Positions 36,501 to 51,700 of a stretch of DNA of 58,588 nucleotides are shown one piece after another. Origin of the DNA: Octopus bimaculoides. Its lineage: Eukaryota. The translations under genes were made by a program, and so were the position numbers. The stretch spans positions 34,219,677 through 34,278,264 of the forward strand of contig NC_069003.1 of assembly GCF_001194135.2 (NCBI RefSeq), given 5' to 3'. Under the pieces are notes generated by a model, which saw only the letters and a list, made by a program, of their open reading frames with translations, was not told the DNA's origin and did not search any database. The first letter of the stretch is position 1. Each line of letters begins with the position of its first letter.

Positions 36501-39500
36501 AAACCTCATCTCGTGCTTTTTAACATACTCCCCTTCTCGTTTTCAAAGCCTATGTATGTATGAATAATACAAAGCTTGTATATAGTATGGTTTTATTGGG
36601 GTTTTACGATAGATTACCTTTATAAAATACATTTTTTTTTCTTTTCTGCTTCCCACCTTTTCCCAAACTTTAAAAATCGTTTGACTTTTGTCTGTACCAG
36701 AAAAAAAATACGCGTCTTTACTCCATATATTTATATACATTTATATATACTAGCACGTTCGTTTTATACATACACATATATATATATTAAATACAATCGT
36801 GTGTGAATTTCGCCATTTTCGCTTCCTTACACTGTTAGCTTTCGCTGCATAAATACAATACAATAGAAGGAGAGAAGAAAAAGAAATAAGCAAAAACCTT
36901 AACAGAGCTGGACATTTGATTTACGTTTTGTGTTTTTAGTTTAATCCGTTAAAAGATATTGTTTCCGTTTTATTTTAGTTAAAGATCGTCTCTCTTACTC
37001 TGTATTAGCAATTAATGTTTTCATTTCATAAAGTTGAATGTTTGGTTTAGTTTTTTATACAGGTTCCCTTCTTCAGTTCGTAACATGATGTTGGCAAACC
37101 TGTGTGTGACTAATATACACACACAGTCACTGTGTGTGTGTGTACAATTTCTGTTTTCTGTTGGTGAATACAGTTTAATCTGAATATGTGTGTGGCCTTG
37201 TGCCAAATTTAGAAATCATTTTCAGTTGAATAATAGAAATAATATGGCAGAGGCACAGACCTCAAGAATTAGAATCTTTCAGCTGTTTGATTATGAATTT
37301 TCTTGCAAAGACGAGCCAAAACAGAAGTTTTTTTTACCCGCCGCCCTCAACGCGCGCGCTCACACCCATTCAAGGTGCATCTGTTAAGAATGCGGTTGGG
37401 TTAGGCGGAATATTTTAATAATATTGTCGATTTCACTAACAACAGACTGCATCAACTCACCGCTCAGAAGCAGACACATTGGATTTGAACTGGCAACGTA
37501 ATGAGATGTAGTAGCTAAATAGTGCTTTGATTTTTTTCTCCTCCTCCTGTGTCGTTTGTTTTATTATCATTTACAAATTACTTTGTAAGAGTGCACACAT
37601 CGCAAGAGCAGGGGCTGATTATTGGCACAAATTGCTTTGTAAAAGTGCACACATTGCAAGAGCAGGGGGCTGAGCTCATGGCCGTTCATCTTTGACCCCT
37701 TGTCACAGCTTTGGTCCCTTACATTGGCCACTAATATCGTATTTCTCATTTCTGCATTATTCATTGTAATTATAATAATTTTTTTTCTTTCTCACTTTGG
37801 CACGAAGCCAGCAATTCTGAGGGGGATGGGAGAGGTCGATTTGACCGCAATGCTAAACTGGTACTTATTTTATCGACTCCCGAAAAGCAGAAGTNNNNNN
37901 NNNNNNNNNNNNNNNNNNNNNNNNNNNNNNNNNNNNNNNNNNNNNNNNNNNNNNNNNNNNNNNNNNNNNNNNNNNNNNNNNNNNNNNNNNNNNNNNNNNN
38001 NNNNNNNNNNNNNNNNNNNNNNNNNNNNNNNNNNNNNNNNNNNNNNNNNNNNNNNNNNNNNNNNNNNNNNNNNNNNNNNNNNNNNNNNNNNNNNNNNNNN
38101 NNNNNNNNNNNNNNNNNNNNNNNNNNNNNNNNNNNNNNNNNNNNNNNNNNNNNNNNNNNNNNNNNNNNNNNNNNNNNNNNNNNNNNNNNNNNNNNNNNNN
38201 NNNNNNNNNNNNNNNNNNNNNNNNNNNNNNNNNNNNNNNNNNNNNNNNNNNNNNNNNNNNNNNNNNNNNNNNNNNNNNNNNNNNNNNNNNNNNNNNNNNN
38301 NNNNNNNNNNNNNNNNNNNNNNNNNNNNNNNNNNNNNNNNNNNNNNNNNNNNNNNNNNNNNNNNNNNNNNNNNNNNNNNNNNNNNNNNNNNNNNNNNNNN
38401 NNNNNNNNNNNNNNNNNNNNNNNNNNNNNNNNNNNNNNNNNNNNNNNNNNNNNNNNNNNNNNNNNNNATATATATATATATATATATATAGCCATTTTAC
38501 GCCCGTCTTCCCTGCTGTGTGTGTGACTGAATTAGCATTTTAGAAAAATATTTCCGTGGTCGTTGAGATTCTTAATAAGACAAGCCATAAATATATTACT
38601 GCTAGATGTTTATACTCGTAAACCTCATCACATATGTCGGACGAGGCGATGTATATTTAGTTTTATGTAATCAGTACTGGTTAAACCAGACTAATTATTA
38701 TTATTATTCGTTTAAATATATCCTTGATAGGTCAGCAGTGTCGGATTTTAAATTTAAGTTAACTCCAGAGTTTTTATATAAGTTTTTATTCCCAAATAAA
38801 TCCAATTTTCTGGAAGTATGACTGTTGTTTGGTGCGGATGACTGCTATGTATGTAACAGGAGGGGACCATTTATTGAATTAATGTTAATTGAAATAATTT
38901 AGATTATTATTATTATTATATGCTACCAAGGATCACTTCGACGTAATCGACTAACCGCCTTCCTCCCACCGAAATTTCTGGTCTTGTGCTTGTACTAGAA
39001 ATAATTGTTTAAATATTCGTCTGATGTAATCAAATATTCTTTAACGGAAATTTTAAGTAGGTTTCTTTTATTTTCTGGTTATTGTTTTTTTTTTAAATTT
39101 TTAATACTCCCCCCCCCCTTCCTTAAAAGGTTGTCTTTGGTCGGTGTTGTTTATCAGTGTTCCACAACCCCTACGGGAGTCGGAAGTAGCCAATTCTGTC
39201 TGTTGGACGACAATATCGCTTGAAATAAAACCAGTCAGGTGGTAGTGGTTCTCAGCATTGAAGGAATTCTTGTGAAGTCCCCAGAAAATGTGTGCATGTT
39301 TGTCCCCCCCCCCTTTTTTTTCTGCTTTAGTTTTCCACGAAGGCAAGAAGCCATTACATAATATCTAGAAGCTCTGTCATTTGATCAATATTTTAGTATG
39401 AAAATTNNNNNNNNNNGAAATTAATATTCTTATTGATCTACCTTATCTGTCGTTGGGATTTAGTCTCTAATGTCAGCTTTACCTATTATTATTGGTTCTT

Positions 39501-40695
39501 TCTGTTCTGCAACAATATTGTTGTTATTGTTAGTTTTATTTCCTCTTGAAAATCCAATTGTGACCGGCAACTCCATTATACAATGTATTATGATTGTAAC
39601 AGGTTTAGAATGTTTTGCACATTTCCGTTTAAAAAAAACGAGGAAAAACACTTGTAATTGAAAATTATAGCAAACCATTGTTTCACAAGTTGATATAAGT
39701 TTTTCCGTTTTTGGGTTCATACAAATTGATTGGATGGCAATCAACCACACACACACACACACACAAACACATATATATAGTGACAGTTGTGAACGGTTCC
39801 ATGACACAAGTTGTGTGTTAGGAACATTACTGGTGTTCCTGTTAGTTTGAACTTGGGAGCTTCCTTGCAGATTTCAATATTTAAAAAAAAAAAAATCAAG
39901 TCTTTAATGAAATTTTAAGGGATGGGTTTGAATTTTCTATAAAGTATCCAGTTCTGAAGTTTTCCACCACCTTGCTTGCTTGAACTATTTCTCACCATCT
40001 ATTATTATTATACCATTTCCATTCAGATTGGAGGCTGGTGTTGCCATCCGGTTTCACCAGTCCTCAGTCAAATCGTCCAACCCATGCTAGCATGGAAAGC
40101 GGACGTTAAACGATGATGATGATTCCATACTACTAGAATGTTTTCTCTTCTCATTTCCTTCCTTAAATTGCTCACACAATCTGTTGTTTCTCTCGAGCAT
40201 ATGTTTCACATTCAATAGATGGATGGCACCGATATCCTTCCTCTGTAGAATTTGTGGGTCTTAAAAAGACATGAACTGCCAAAACTCTTGTCTTGTGAAA
40301 TAAACAAAGGAAGTGAAAACGACTCCGTTTAGCTATTTTATGAAATCTGTATTTTTATTTTCACCTTTTGCTTACTAACTCACCTGCTATTTTTAGTAAA
40401 TTCTCTAATATACTCACTAATTAGTTCCAGAACTAAATTCTGGCCAGTGTTCGTTTATGTACTAACAACCAGAACCTTCTGTGATTAGTCTTTAAAATAA
40501 TTTATCTTTTAAAGTCTCAAGCTAATCTTCCATATTCTATGATGTGTAGGTTTTTTTCACAATAAAATTTGTAGAAAACTAGTTTAAAAATAACAACATT
40601 GATGGAGGTGACTGAATCTTGAGATTTGAGTCAAATTGTAAATTTTAAGTTGACCAAAGCTTCATTTCATCCATTGACCTATTCAACCTTTAGGT

Positions 40696-40902
40696 GAGTG
40701 GTTCCCAACGTTTTTGCACTTGCGACTCCTTACCCAAAAGCTTGAAACCCATGCGACCCCCTACTTTCATCAGAGCATAAAAAATGTAATTGATGAGTTG
40801 AAAAATTACCCCAAGCCACTTCTAGTAAGGCTACGCAACCTCCCTGCTAAGGCTTTGTGGGAACCTCCCCAGGGGATCGGAACAACTGGTTCGGAACCCC
40901 TG
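40696..40902. mobile_element. hAT (Charlie-like) MITE
   Basis: Ends (c>g)AGTGGTTCCCAAC and GTTCGGAACCCCTG; exact 8-bp TSD CTTTAGGT at 40688-40695 and 40903-40910. Confidence 0.85.
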
Positions 40903-41137
40903 CTTTAGGTGGAATTAGCTGGTAGGTGAAACCTGAAGTCTCAGTCTACTCAAAATTTACAATACATCTTTTAACATCTTTTATAGATGCAGGTGTGGCT
41001 GTGTGGTAAGAAGTTTGCTTCCCAACCACATAGTTCTGGGTTCAGTCCCACTGTGTGGCTCTTGGGAAGTGTCTACTCTATCCCCAGGCCAACCAAAGCC
41101 TTGTGAGTGGATTTGGTAGAGTGAAACTGAAAGAAGC

Positions 41138-41169
<32 letters not shown>

Positions 41170-43494
41170 GTGTTAGTGTTGCCTTGACACTGCACATGAA
41201 AGTTAACATGTGTCATCATCATGCAAGCAGTGTCTTGTTTTCAGTTTTCTATGAAAACCTGTTTTGCCAGGGTGTGGTGGAGTTATTTAACTGCTTGAAA
41301 ACAGGTGGGGTGTTGGTGAAAGGAAGGGCATCCAATCATAGAAAGTCTGCCTCAAAATTTCATCCAACCCATGCAAGCATGGAAAAGTGGACATGAAAAC
41401 AATGTTTGTTGTTAGTTATACTTGCAACAGCTAATATGCATTACTTTTTTTTTTTAATAAACTCTACAATTGAAGTGAAATGGAAAAAATGTTTAGTGAG
41501 AGCTCGAGATTTTAGTAGTTGATATTTTAAAATAGTTTTTTTGTAGACAAAATTTTAAATGGCTCAATCTTTTCATTATGGTATTGGCAATGATTTCTCC
41601 TTATATTTTATTTAGCATGTTCTTTTTGTTTGTGTCTGGATGGAATACTTGGTGACAGATATGTGCAGACCATATCACTTGTCTGACACTATTATAGAAT
41701 GTACATTACCACAGAAAAATATTTGACTGGAATTTCAAAATTATTGAGGTGGGTGGATGGTGGAAAATATTCAGTCCTGGGTGGAGGTGGGGAGAATTTT
41801 AGATTTGAAACCATGTTGTTTAAAAATAAACTCTGGTAATGGAGAGTTTTGTGTTGCAGTCTGTTGATGTAACACTGATCTCATACCTGCTTCAGATCTG
41901 TTGATTATAATAGTTAACCTGGCTCTGAACATCTGAACAAAGAAGCTAAAGAAGTTTGAGTGAGTGTAGGTTTTATATATATATATATATATATATAATA
42001 TTTTAAAAAACTTTTTTGTCAATACCATTAGTAATGTACCTGAGAAGAGACATAGAAACAATACTAATTAGTTAGTGAAGGAGTTGAGTCAGCCCATGTG
42101 GGTCCAAGAGAGAGATTGGCTATAGTTAAAATGGCTATTAGGGGGAAATAGTGGGCTTTGTAGTGTTAGCTGTTAAGATGGGGGAAAATGTCAGGTGACA
42201 TGGGATGAATTGGTTCCTTGTGTAATGCTGGGAAGTGTTATTCCTGGTAAGTGACATAAAAGAGAAAAGTACTCAATACTAAAATAAGAGCAGTAGTACA
42301 AAAGAACAAAACTATGCACAGAAAAACCTGTCCAAACCATTCCAGCATAGAAGCTGTAAGATGAGGATTCTATTTCGAAGGTTAGTTCATGGAGTTTGGT
42401 ATTAATCCTGTTGCATTTAAACTGGCCATATCCAACGAAAATATTCTACCTGTTTTATAGTCAAACCAGCCAGATCTGGCTTCTCACAACTCCTCCACAA
42501 TGTCATTTGAAAAACTGCACATCATCAAAATTTCAAAGCTATGAGATAATGCATGGTTAATTCAAAACTGTGAATGAGTAAGCGTTTTGACAGTAATTTG
42601 AAAGCTTGTAGTAGACTCTATATAAGAAGGATAGAGCTTGTATTGAGTTTGGTTTTCACTCTATAATTAAAATACTTATTGTAAATAACTTGATGTTAGC
42701 TGCTGGATTTGTTATATCCATGTAATATCAATTGACTAGGGATAGGTGATTGATATCAAGGAAGCCTGGCTCATCTCTATTGCTCCTGTGACCCCTTAAT
42801 GTGATTGGTTTCCTAAACATCCTACTTTGAACTACATCTCTTCTCACTAATATTCTCATGTTCAATTAACCCCCACAACACTTTCTATTGACTCCACTAC
42901 TCCATTTCAGGAATGGATGAAATTAATATGGCCACTGTTCTTCAGATTGTTGGGAGGGTTTACTAAAAGGACTGATAGGATTGCTATGGAGAAACCAGCC
43001 TAATAGAACAAAATATGCAAAACTATTTTGACCAAAGTCCAGCTGCAAGTTGATCTGGTCAATAAATGAAGAAATGTGAAGGTGTTACTATAGTGCTGTT
43101 ACTAATCACTAGATGGACTCCCTATTTGTGCAACTACCATAATTAGCTTCCAGTAAAGCTATGACCTTTTTATAGGAATCCTTTGAGGACTGGCAGTTAT
43201 TATAGCTGGCCTCCTAGTCTGATTCCTGTAACACAAAAGCCTCTGGCACATGTGTGCACGCACACATGCATATATAAAGATAAAACAAAGAAGATATATT
43301 TAAGATGTGTATTTGTATATATGTTTCATACACATATGTATGCACATATATACTCATATACATTATGCAAAACAGCTGGAATTGAAACAATGCTGTGTCT
43401 ATTCATTCTTAACTCATTCCAGCAAGCTTCTTACCACACAGCCACAGAGAAATCCTTTGATTAAGAGTACCCCATTTGGTGATCTGGTAGTTTC

Positions 43495-44420
43495 TGAGTA
43501 ATCTATTTGTAGACAAATGGCTTGTGAGGGCTGTACCTGCAATGTATGGGGATGTTGTCAGCAAAGCTAGTTACCAATGAAGACAGCGATGACTTTAGTG
43601 TGCAGATAGGTGTTCATCAAGGGTCAGTGTTCAGTTCCCTTCTATTTCCAGTTCTTCAGTTCATAATGGGAGTTTAGAACTGGATGCCCTTGGGAAGTCC
43701 AAGCTGATGACCTTGTTCTAGCTGAATCAATAGTAGAATTAAAGAGATTTCAGGAATAGAAGCAAAACCTGGAATCAAAGGGCAAAGGAAAACAGACAGG
43801 ACCCTGCTACCATCAGAGAAATGGCCTTGCTCAATATATGGAAAAATGCTCATTTAACATCTGTTTTATGCTAGTGTGGGTTGTAGAAATTCCATATGGT
43901 GTATCCAGAGCAAACTATGGATGCAGATGCACAGGTGCAATAAACCCTTGCAGTACACAAGAAATACATGCTTTCAAATGCCTGGGATGATTCCACTAAT
44001 TTGGTCACCTTGGTGACAGACAGCTTCTGTTACCTGAGTGATCTAATTAGTAATGGAAAATGTTCTGAAAGTATAGTAGCCAGAATAAGAGAGAATTGTT
44101 AGGTTTCCTCTCTGAGTGAAAGGTACCAAGTATGATGCTTGTGCACTAACTGCAATGCTACATGTTGGTGAGATTCTGAATACAGAGGACCTACAAAGAC
44201 TAGGTAGAAAGGAAGCATGCTATGCTGGATGTAAAGACTGGTGGTATGGACATGTGATGCATATGGATGTGGATAAAAGAGTGTCAGTCACTTAATGTGG
44301 ATGGAACTTGTTGAAGGAGGAGACCCAGGAAGACATGGGTTGAAGTAGTGAAGGCAGATCTTAGGACTTTGAGTGGTGATATACAGTACTCAAGAAGACC
44401 TGTCTAGCCATGCACACTAT
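43495..44420 (+). mobile_element. Decayed RTE-clade LINE 3' fragment
   Basis: Frameshifted remnants of WLVRAV.AMY, VQIGVHQGSV.S.LLF, FRTGCPWE..ADDLVL, NLESKG and FCYLSD. Confidence 0.8.
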
Positions 44421-47400
44421 GTATGCTACAGCTTGGCCCATACTCTGATCCTCCCCCCTGAGTCACTTCCTGTTGATATCCATTCCTTGTTCTTTCTGCC
44501 CTCAGCCTCTCACTCATATTTGCCATAGACCACCCTACCTCTCACTCTTTCCTCAAAACCTGAGGCTCACCATTTGACCCTACCCTCTCCTCTCTATTTT
44601 TTGCTCCTGCTGCTGCTGTAAGTAACAAAAGCATAACCTGTTCCTACTCAACCATGTGTTGTAGTTTCTCTGCTGCCAATCACCACTCCTTGCTTTCTGA
44701 GCTACACCCAATTGACATCTACCCATTCATTCATCGTTCTTACCACCGTTGGTCCTCCCACCCACTCATATCTGCCCTTGTCCACACCTGCACCTGTTTT
44801 ACTACATTCAAAACTTTCACCTTGTGTTTCTATTCATTCCTCATTCCCTTCCTATGCACCTGTAATATTAAGCACCGTTCCTGATTCTTCCACCTCCAAA
44901 TTTTCTTCTATTCACTTAGACATGTGATTATTCTCAGAGAAAGTTCTGGCACTTTGTCACCACTTCTCCTTCTGGCATCACTCCAGCCACACCCATCCAT
45001 ACCGACCCTACAATGTCATTAAAAAAAAAAATACAATCACATCATTGAAATCTTGAAGGTGTGAGATTATGCATGATTAATTCAAAAATAAACAAGCATT
45101 ACATTTGACAGAAATTTGAATGCTAAAGGGTTCATAGAATCCAAACTCAATATGGATGAAGTGAAAAACTAAGAATTAAATGGGTGGATGATTTCAAGAA
45201 TTGAATAAATTTAATAAAAATTGAACAAGGACAGCACAAGAAAAGCAGAGATGATGATCCCCCATGGTTTTGAACTTGCTGAAAGCAGATGATATCTGAT
45301 GTTGAAGGTAGTGGTGTACAAGTTACACCACCAGCAACGCTATTTAAGACTTGCTCAACATATTGGTCACCTGCATTGGTAGAATGGACAGTGTTCTGAT
45401 TGATTGATTGATTGATTGATATGGATTAGCTTTAGACATATTGAACATTTATTTATATTATCTATCCTTTTGATAAAATTTAATTATACAAACTCAAGAA
45501 AAAAGGATTACTTCATTATCTTCTAATGTAGTATAGACATAAATATCTGTTTAACATATTTTCCAGCATACAAATTATTATTTTTTTTTTTTTTATATAA
45601 ACACTGTAATGTGTATATAGATACAAATAAGATAATTTATTTTCAAATGCAAAGATGCTATTAGAAAAGCAGAAACATTGGGTAAATCCCCCTTACAAAG
45701 CTGAAAAATTTGTTAAGTCATCTGTTGACAAATGTTTCTCTTTGTAAGGGGGATTTACTCAATGTTTTGGCTTATTTTCTTATTTGTATCTATAGTGTAA
45801 ACATTCAAACATCCTCACTATCTTTGCAAATCATGCTGCATTTCACATGGAGGCTGTGCTCCTTCAAAGTTGTCTTGGTGTATAAGTTGACCTACCGTTC
45901 CTTGGCTATAAATTTTGGTCTGAAATATTCAACTTGTATGCTGGAATGTTTGTGATTTATACATTTTATAGTTTAAGGAGCAATCCACACTGAAAACCCC
46001 ATATTGGTTTAGTTTTGACTTTGTGTGATTGTTAGTGGATGTTATTGCATATGAACAGGACATAGTTATGCAACCCTTTAGGTATTAATTTTGAAAATAA
46101 TGAGCTGTCCAAGCAGTTGGACTTCCAGCAGTTTATTTATCTATTTATTTTTGTTACAAGGTGTTAAAATACATTAGTAATTTTAGCATCGCTGCAGACC
46201 AAGAACTCGAATACCTGCTGTAAGCAATTGCAATTTAAACCTGTTAGGTCTGACTTTGGGAAATTGAAGCTATTTCTTACTTAGTGGAGAAAGTTTTTTG
46301 GTTCATTAGTCATCAATGTCAAGTTCTGGATAATCAGCAGCTATGCCAAATCCGAGGGAGAACAGATAAAAATAGGCGATGTTAATGACATGTCTCAGTG
46401 TATGATAGTTTAGGGAAAAACAAAGCATTGATTATATTTAGTATTTATATGTGGTTGGTGGGTTTTTCTTAATTTTTTAAATTGCTTTTTTAAAGAAAAC
46501 TACAGTCTGTCAGATTGATTAGTTTTAGAGAATTTTATCCCATCTGAAGGTGTTGGGATTATGCTGTCTTGAAAAGTATTTGTTTGTTGCCAACAAGGAA
46601 AATTAAAAATTTAAGTGTTATACCGGCTGTGTAGCTGTATTTAATCCTTTTGCAATGGTAATTCTAATGAAATGCACTACCTCTATGTTGTCATTTAATT
46701 TTGACAATTAGAAAGGATTTGACAAAATAATTTTGTCATTGATGTTTGGGACATAATTTAGCAAAAGGTTCTTGCTCAAAGTTATGACGAGTGTTTTAAT
46801 CTAAATAAAAATTCTTTAGAATAGTCCTTTATTTTTAGACCAAAGGTTAATTTGGACAGGTTAGAATTAGCATTGTTTAAGTCATTTACTTTGTAACAAA
46901 ATGCTGTGTTGACTGGGCTTTGTCCTATATAAGTGACTTTTGGCTGTTCATTTAATTCTTCATTGATTAACATGACAAGGACTTGACTTTCTTGATCCCA
47001 ATCTTAAATTTTGTCCATAATGATGGTAGAGCTTTTGGACTATTTTGCTTTTGAGCTATGTTCAAATCTGTTACTTAAAGTTTTGTTGTACGTTGCTTCA
47101 GTTTGTATACCTATGGAAAATAAGTTCCAGGAAATCTTGAGATTGTTTCTGTTGTTCTCTTGAGAGAATGGTGTTTTACTTTGGTTCAGTTCAGTAAGCT
47201 AACTACTGGCCATTAAAAACATCAAGGTTTAGGAAGCATTTATATATATATTCTGTCGGTCAGCTATATTACGGGGACATAAACAAACTAACACTGATTG
47301 TCAAACAGTAATGAAGGACAAACACATATACATATGGGCTTCTTTCAGTTTCCTTCTACCAAATCCACTCATAAGGTTACATCAGTAACATTGCTGTGAT

Positions 47401-48307
47401 GCTTGGTGTATGTGAGTGGGTCTATATGCATATTAAATTTAATTAGGTGCTAATAATCTTTTAGAATCATTCCAAACACAAGTACACAGAAATTGAAGTT
47501 TTTTCCTGATTGGAACAAATTCATTTTGTCTCTATAAATTTAATGTGCTTCATTACATGTACAGTAAGAGATTTTAATTATCTTTGAGTAATGTTCTTTT
47601 TAATTATTGATGGTCTTTCTTTGTATTCTGCAAGTTGATTTTCATGATTTTATATTGTTGGGCAAATTCTGAATTTCAGACCAGGAAAAGTTCAACATTA
47701 GAAAGCTATTTATAGTTTGTTGATGTTTAGCCTTAAGTCGACTCTGATCAAAATATAACTAGGATCAGTCATTTCAGTCATGATCACTCATATCTTTTTA
47801 TATCTTTAGGACTACACTGTCTTAATTTCTAAGGCAGCAGAATTTGAGTGAATTTAGCTACTATTCTTAGCAAGTCTACCAAATAGTTGTTCCTTTTAGC
47901 TGTAGTTATACACTCGGGTGCTTTAGAACAAGTGTTGATTAAGCTAATTTGGACTAATTTGCATGGTCTTATCAAGATTTCTTAAAGATTAATCTAATAG
48001 GAACTAAAACCTTTCACTCAAAACTTGAGGTATTGATGTGCAACATAAATCCACCATACTTAACATGGTTTTGTTTTACTTGTTTCAGTCATTTGACTGC
48101 GGCCATGCTGGAGCACCACTTTTAGTTGAGTAAATCGACCCCAGGACTTATTCTTTGTAAGCCTAGTACTTATTCTGTTGGTCTCTTTTTGCTATCATGA
48201 GATTTCATATGGCCAAACTTTACCTCAACCTTGTCTTAGACACCACCTTCATTAAGCAAATGATTTGTGGCTTTCTAACTTTATTATTTTGAAAATTAAG
48301 TGAAATA

Positions 48308-48445
48308 CCATGGCTGTGTGGTAAGAAGCTTTCTTCCCAACTACATGGTTCCAGGTTCAGTCCTACTGTGTAGCGTCTTGAGCAAGTGTCTTCTACTATA
48401 GCCTTGTGAGTGGATTTGGTTGCCAGAAACTGAAAGAAGCCCATC

Positions 48446-48502
<57 letters not shown>

Positions 48503-48705
48503 GTGTGTGTGTGCCTTTGTGTCTGCGTTTGTTCCTTCATTGCTTGACAATTGATGTTGGCATGTTTACATCCCCGAAACTTAGCGTTTCAGCAAAAGAG
48601 ACCAATAGAATAAGTACTAGGCTTACAAAGAATAAGTCCTGGGGTTGATTTCTTCGACTAAAGGCAATCTTCCAGCATGGCCGCAGTCAAATGATTGAAA
48701 CGTGT
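48308..48705 (+). mobile_element. tRNA-derived SINE, near full-length representative of the most abundant family
   Basis: Head atggctgtgtggtaagaag...ggttcagtcc(c)act, body gcaagtgtc...gatttgg...gaaactgaaagaagcc, internal (TA/TG)n, tail gtcgattt...ccagcatggccgcagtcaaatga. Other copies at 49113-49460(+), 40990-41170(+), 10110-10270(+), 5205-5520(+), 25780-26230(-), 26580-27225(-), 7555-8255(-) and others. Confidence 0.85.
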
Positions 48706-51700
48706 AAAAAAAGTAAACAAGTTTTTTTTAGTTTTTTTAAGTATAGCTACAAAAGGTAAAACAATTTAAAGCTAAAGTTCACCACACACACACACACACA
48801 CACCAGTGATGTCAGCTTTGAGCTGGCACAATTTTCAATCTCTTAGTGTTTGTAACGTACCATTTTGGCATAGATGCTGGTGCAAAGTTGGCAAAACCTA
48901 CTCTGTGTATAAAACTTAAAAATGTAAACATTTTAAACATGTTTTAAATGGTATTATAAACACAGCAAAGATCAACGGGTCCACCTATGAGACTCAAACC
49001 ATGATATCTAATGGACCATGTTGTTCTGTTTCATCTTTAATTATTCTGTACTATTATCATTTACTTTATTAATTATGATTATAATTTCTACTTGTTAATG
49101 TAGTGTTTCTATAGGCATAAGCGTGGCTGTATGGTAAGAAATTTGCTTCCCAACCACATGGTTCCGGGTTCAGTCCCACTAGCTCAAGCCAGTGTCTTCT
49201 ATAGCAATGGGCTGACCAAAGCCTTGTGGGTGGATTCAATAGATGGAAACTGAAAGAAGCCTATTGTGTGTTTGTGTGTGTGTTCCCCAAGAATTCTTGA
49301 CAACTGTTGTTGTTTTTTTTTTTACGCCTCCCATAACTTAGCAGTTTGGCAAAAGGGACCAATAGAATAAGCATCGGGCTTAAAACAAGGTACTGGGGTT
49401 GATTTGCTTGACTAAAATCTCAAGGCAGTGCCCCAGCATGGTCACAGTCTAATGACTGAAACAACTATAAAAGACACTATAGTGCCGTAGTGTACGTAAT
49501 ACTGTATTTCCTGGCAGACCAGTCTGTATGGCATATAGTGTAAGCATGTAGTTTTAAGCTAACAAACATCGTCACTATCTTTCCAAATCCAGCTGCGTTT
49601 CACATGGAATTGTTGGTGCNNNNNNNNNNNNNNNNNNNNNNNNNNNNNNNNNNNNNNNNNNNNNNNNNNNNNNNNNNNNNNNNNNNNNNNNNNNNNNNNN
49701 NNNNNNNNNNNNNNNNNNNNNNNNNNNNNNNNNNNNNNNNNNNNNNNNNNNNNNNNNNNNNNNNNNNNNNNNNNNNNNNNNNNNNNNNNNNNNNNNNNNN
49801 NNNNNNNNNNNNNNNNNNNNNNNNNNNNNNNNNNNNNNNNNNNNNNNNNNNNNNNNNNNNNNNNNNNNNNNNNNNNNNNNNNNNNNNNNNNNNNNNNNNN
49901 NNNNNNNNNNNNNNNNNNNNNNNNNNNNNNNNNNNNNNNNNNNNNNNNNNNNNNNNNNNNNNNNNNNNNNNNNTAAGTTACATTTAAGTACAAAATTGTG
50001 ATTAATTTGAAGCCATAAAATACTCAACAATGATTTCAAAACCCATTATTTTGAGATTTAACTCTTTGAAATTACAATTCAAATATTATGAAATGCTGTT
50101 CAGATGAAGATTCAATTAGTCAAATGTCTATCATAATTTCATGTCTGCTTTCCATGCTGGCATGAGTTGGACAGTTTGGCAGAACCTGAAAAGTTGGAGG
50201 CCCACTTAATGCTCCAATGTCTTGGTTTGACGGTTTCTACTGCTGGATACTCTTCCTAATGCCAACCTCTTTACACTGTATTGATTGCTTGACTTCACGA
50301 TACCAGCACTAAACAGGTTCTCCTCTCGATTCCGTATTGCCTCTACTTGATTTGGAAACCCCTTATAAAGTGTACTGAGTACCCTTTTTTTTTGTTTTTG
50401 TATCACTCCAGTGTAGGAACTTTGTGACTTGCATTGCTAAAGAGACCCCATGACTGAAAGGAGCTAGAATACAACAGTGTGATGACTGTAGGTGAAGTGA
50501 GGAGAGGGGATAAAATATGAATGAGAGGGTCGTAGTGGAGAGAGTATCAAACTTGATGGGGGTGGGTATTAAAGTAGTTAGTACCAGGGACTGGAGAGAG
50601 AGAGAGAGAGAGGCTGGGTAGTAATGTATATTTTAATAAAAGTATAACTTAAACAAATAAAATCAATCTTCAGTTTTGATCAATTATTTTAGTTTTGTTT
50701 GCTAATTGCAATATTTCATTCCTTCAGCTGCTCACGTTTGTCTCCTGTAATGCTTTGTTAATTGAGGTTACATCAGAATCGTTGAAGTTATTGCTGCTGC
50801 TGCTGCCATCACCATCGTTTTTAGGCCTTCTTTCTGGACCCTAGACTCGTGTAGTGCAGTTATAGCAGCACATATGTCCTTTATTTACCTCTGTTAACTT
50901 TTTTTATATCAACATTGGAGCTAGGAGTAACCTTTGCATATTGTGACTCACTCTGCCACATCAACAGTTCTCAGTTATTGATTTAAAAAAATATATATAT
51001 ATAAAGTAGGTTAGACTATTTCAATGTATTCAAATCCAATACATAACTTGTGTGTGTTGCATTAAATTTGGATTTATTTCAGCAAGCAGTAACTATATAA
51101 AATTTTTACTTGGTCTAATATGTCTTTAGAGGCTTTTTATCTCCACAGTAAAGCTTTGTGTGTGATGATACTACAATCACTGGCTAAGAAAGTAAAAGTA
51201 TTTTTGTAATTGTAACAATTTGGTGTACTTTTAGAGTTAAATATTAAAAGAAATTTTTTGATTCTGTTTTATCTCGTTTCTTTTCTTTCTTTTGTCTCCA
51301 ACTGCAATTGTTTCTCTGTGACAGGAGAGTTGCTGATTAGTTTCTGACATTTTAATGTGACTGGTTGATTTATGCTGGGTGAAAAAGTGCAATGTTGGTG
51401 GTGACAAGTACTTTTTGAGAAGCAGTAAGACCAGAAAGATTTCAGAAAATATACTCAAGTTGGTCTTGAAGAGTTTGGCCTAATTGATAAAATGATGTAT
51501 GGGGGGGGGGGGGATATGTAAGACTTAATCTTTTATAACTTTGGAAAATGGACATTAAAAAAAAAAATTTAACCTCCTTGTTTCTGTTGAAATCACTGGC
51601 TTTATCTGNNNNNNNNNNCAAAAAATTAACACAACTGTTACTTCTATCGCTAATTTAGAAGATTAAAACCAAGTCTTAGATGAATTCCTCAAACATGTTT

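Noticed and set aside
45200-46225. Exon-like fragments (minus GDQYVEQVLNSVAGG...; plus IAADQELEYL|gtaagc)
   Set aside because: Only one good splice site each, no homology recognised, and they lie upstream of the HUWE1 start.
46782-46973. Minus ORF containing YIGQS, reminiscent of a GIY-YIG endonuclease
   Set aside because: Lacks the upstream GIY/VY and downstream R...EH motifs; most likely chance.
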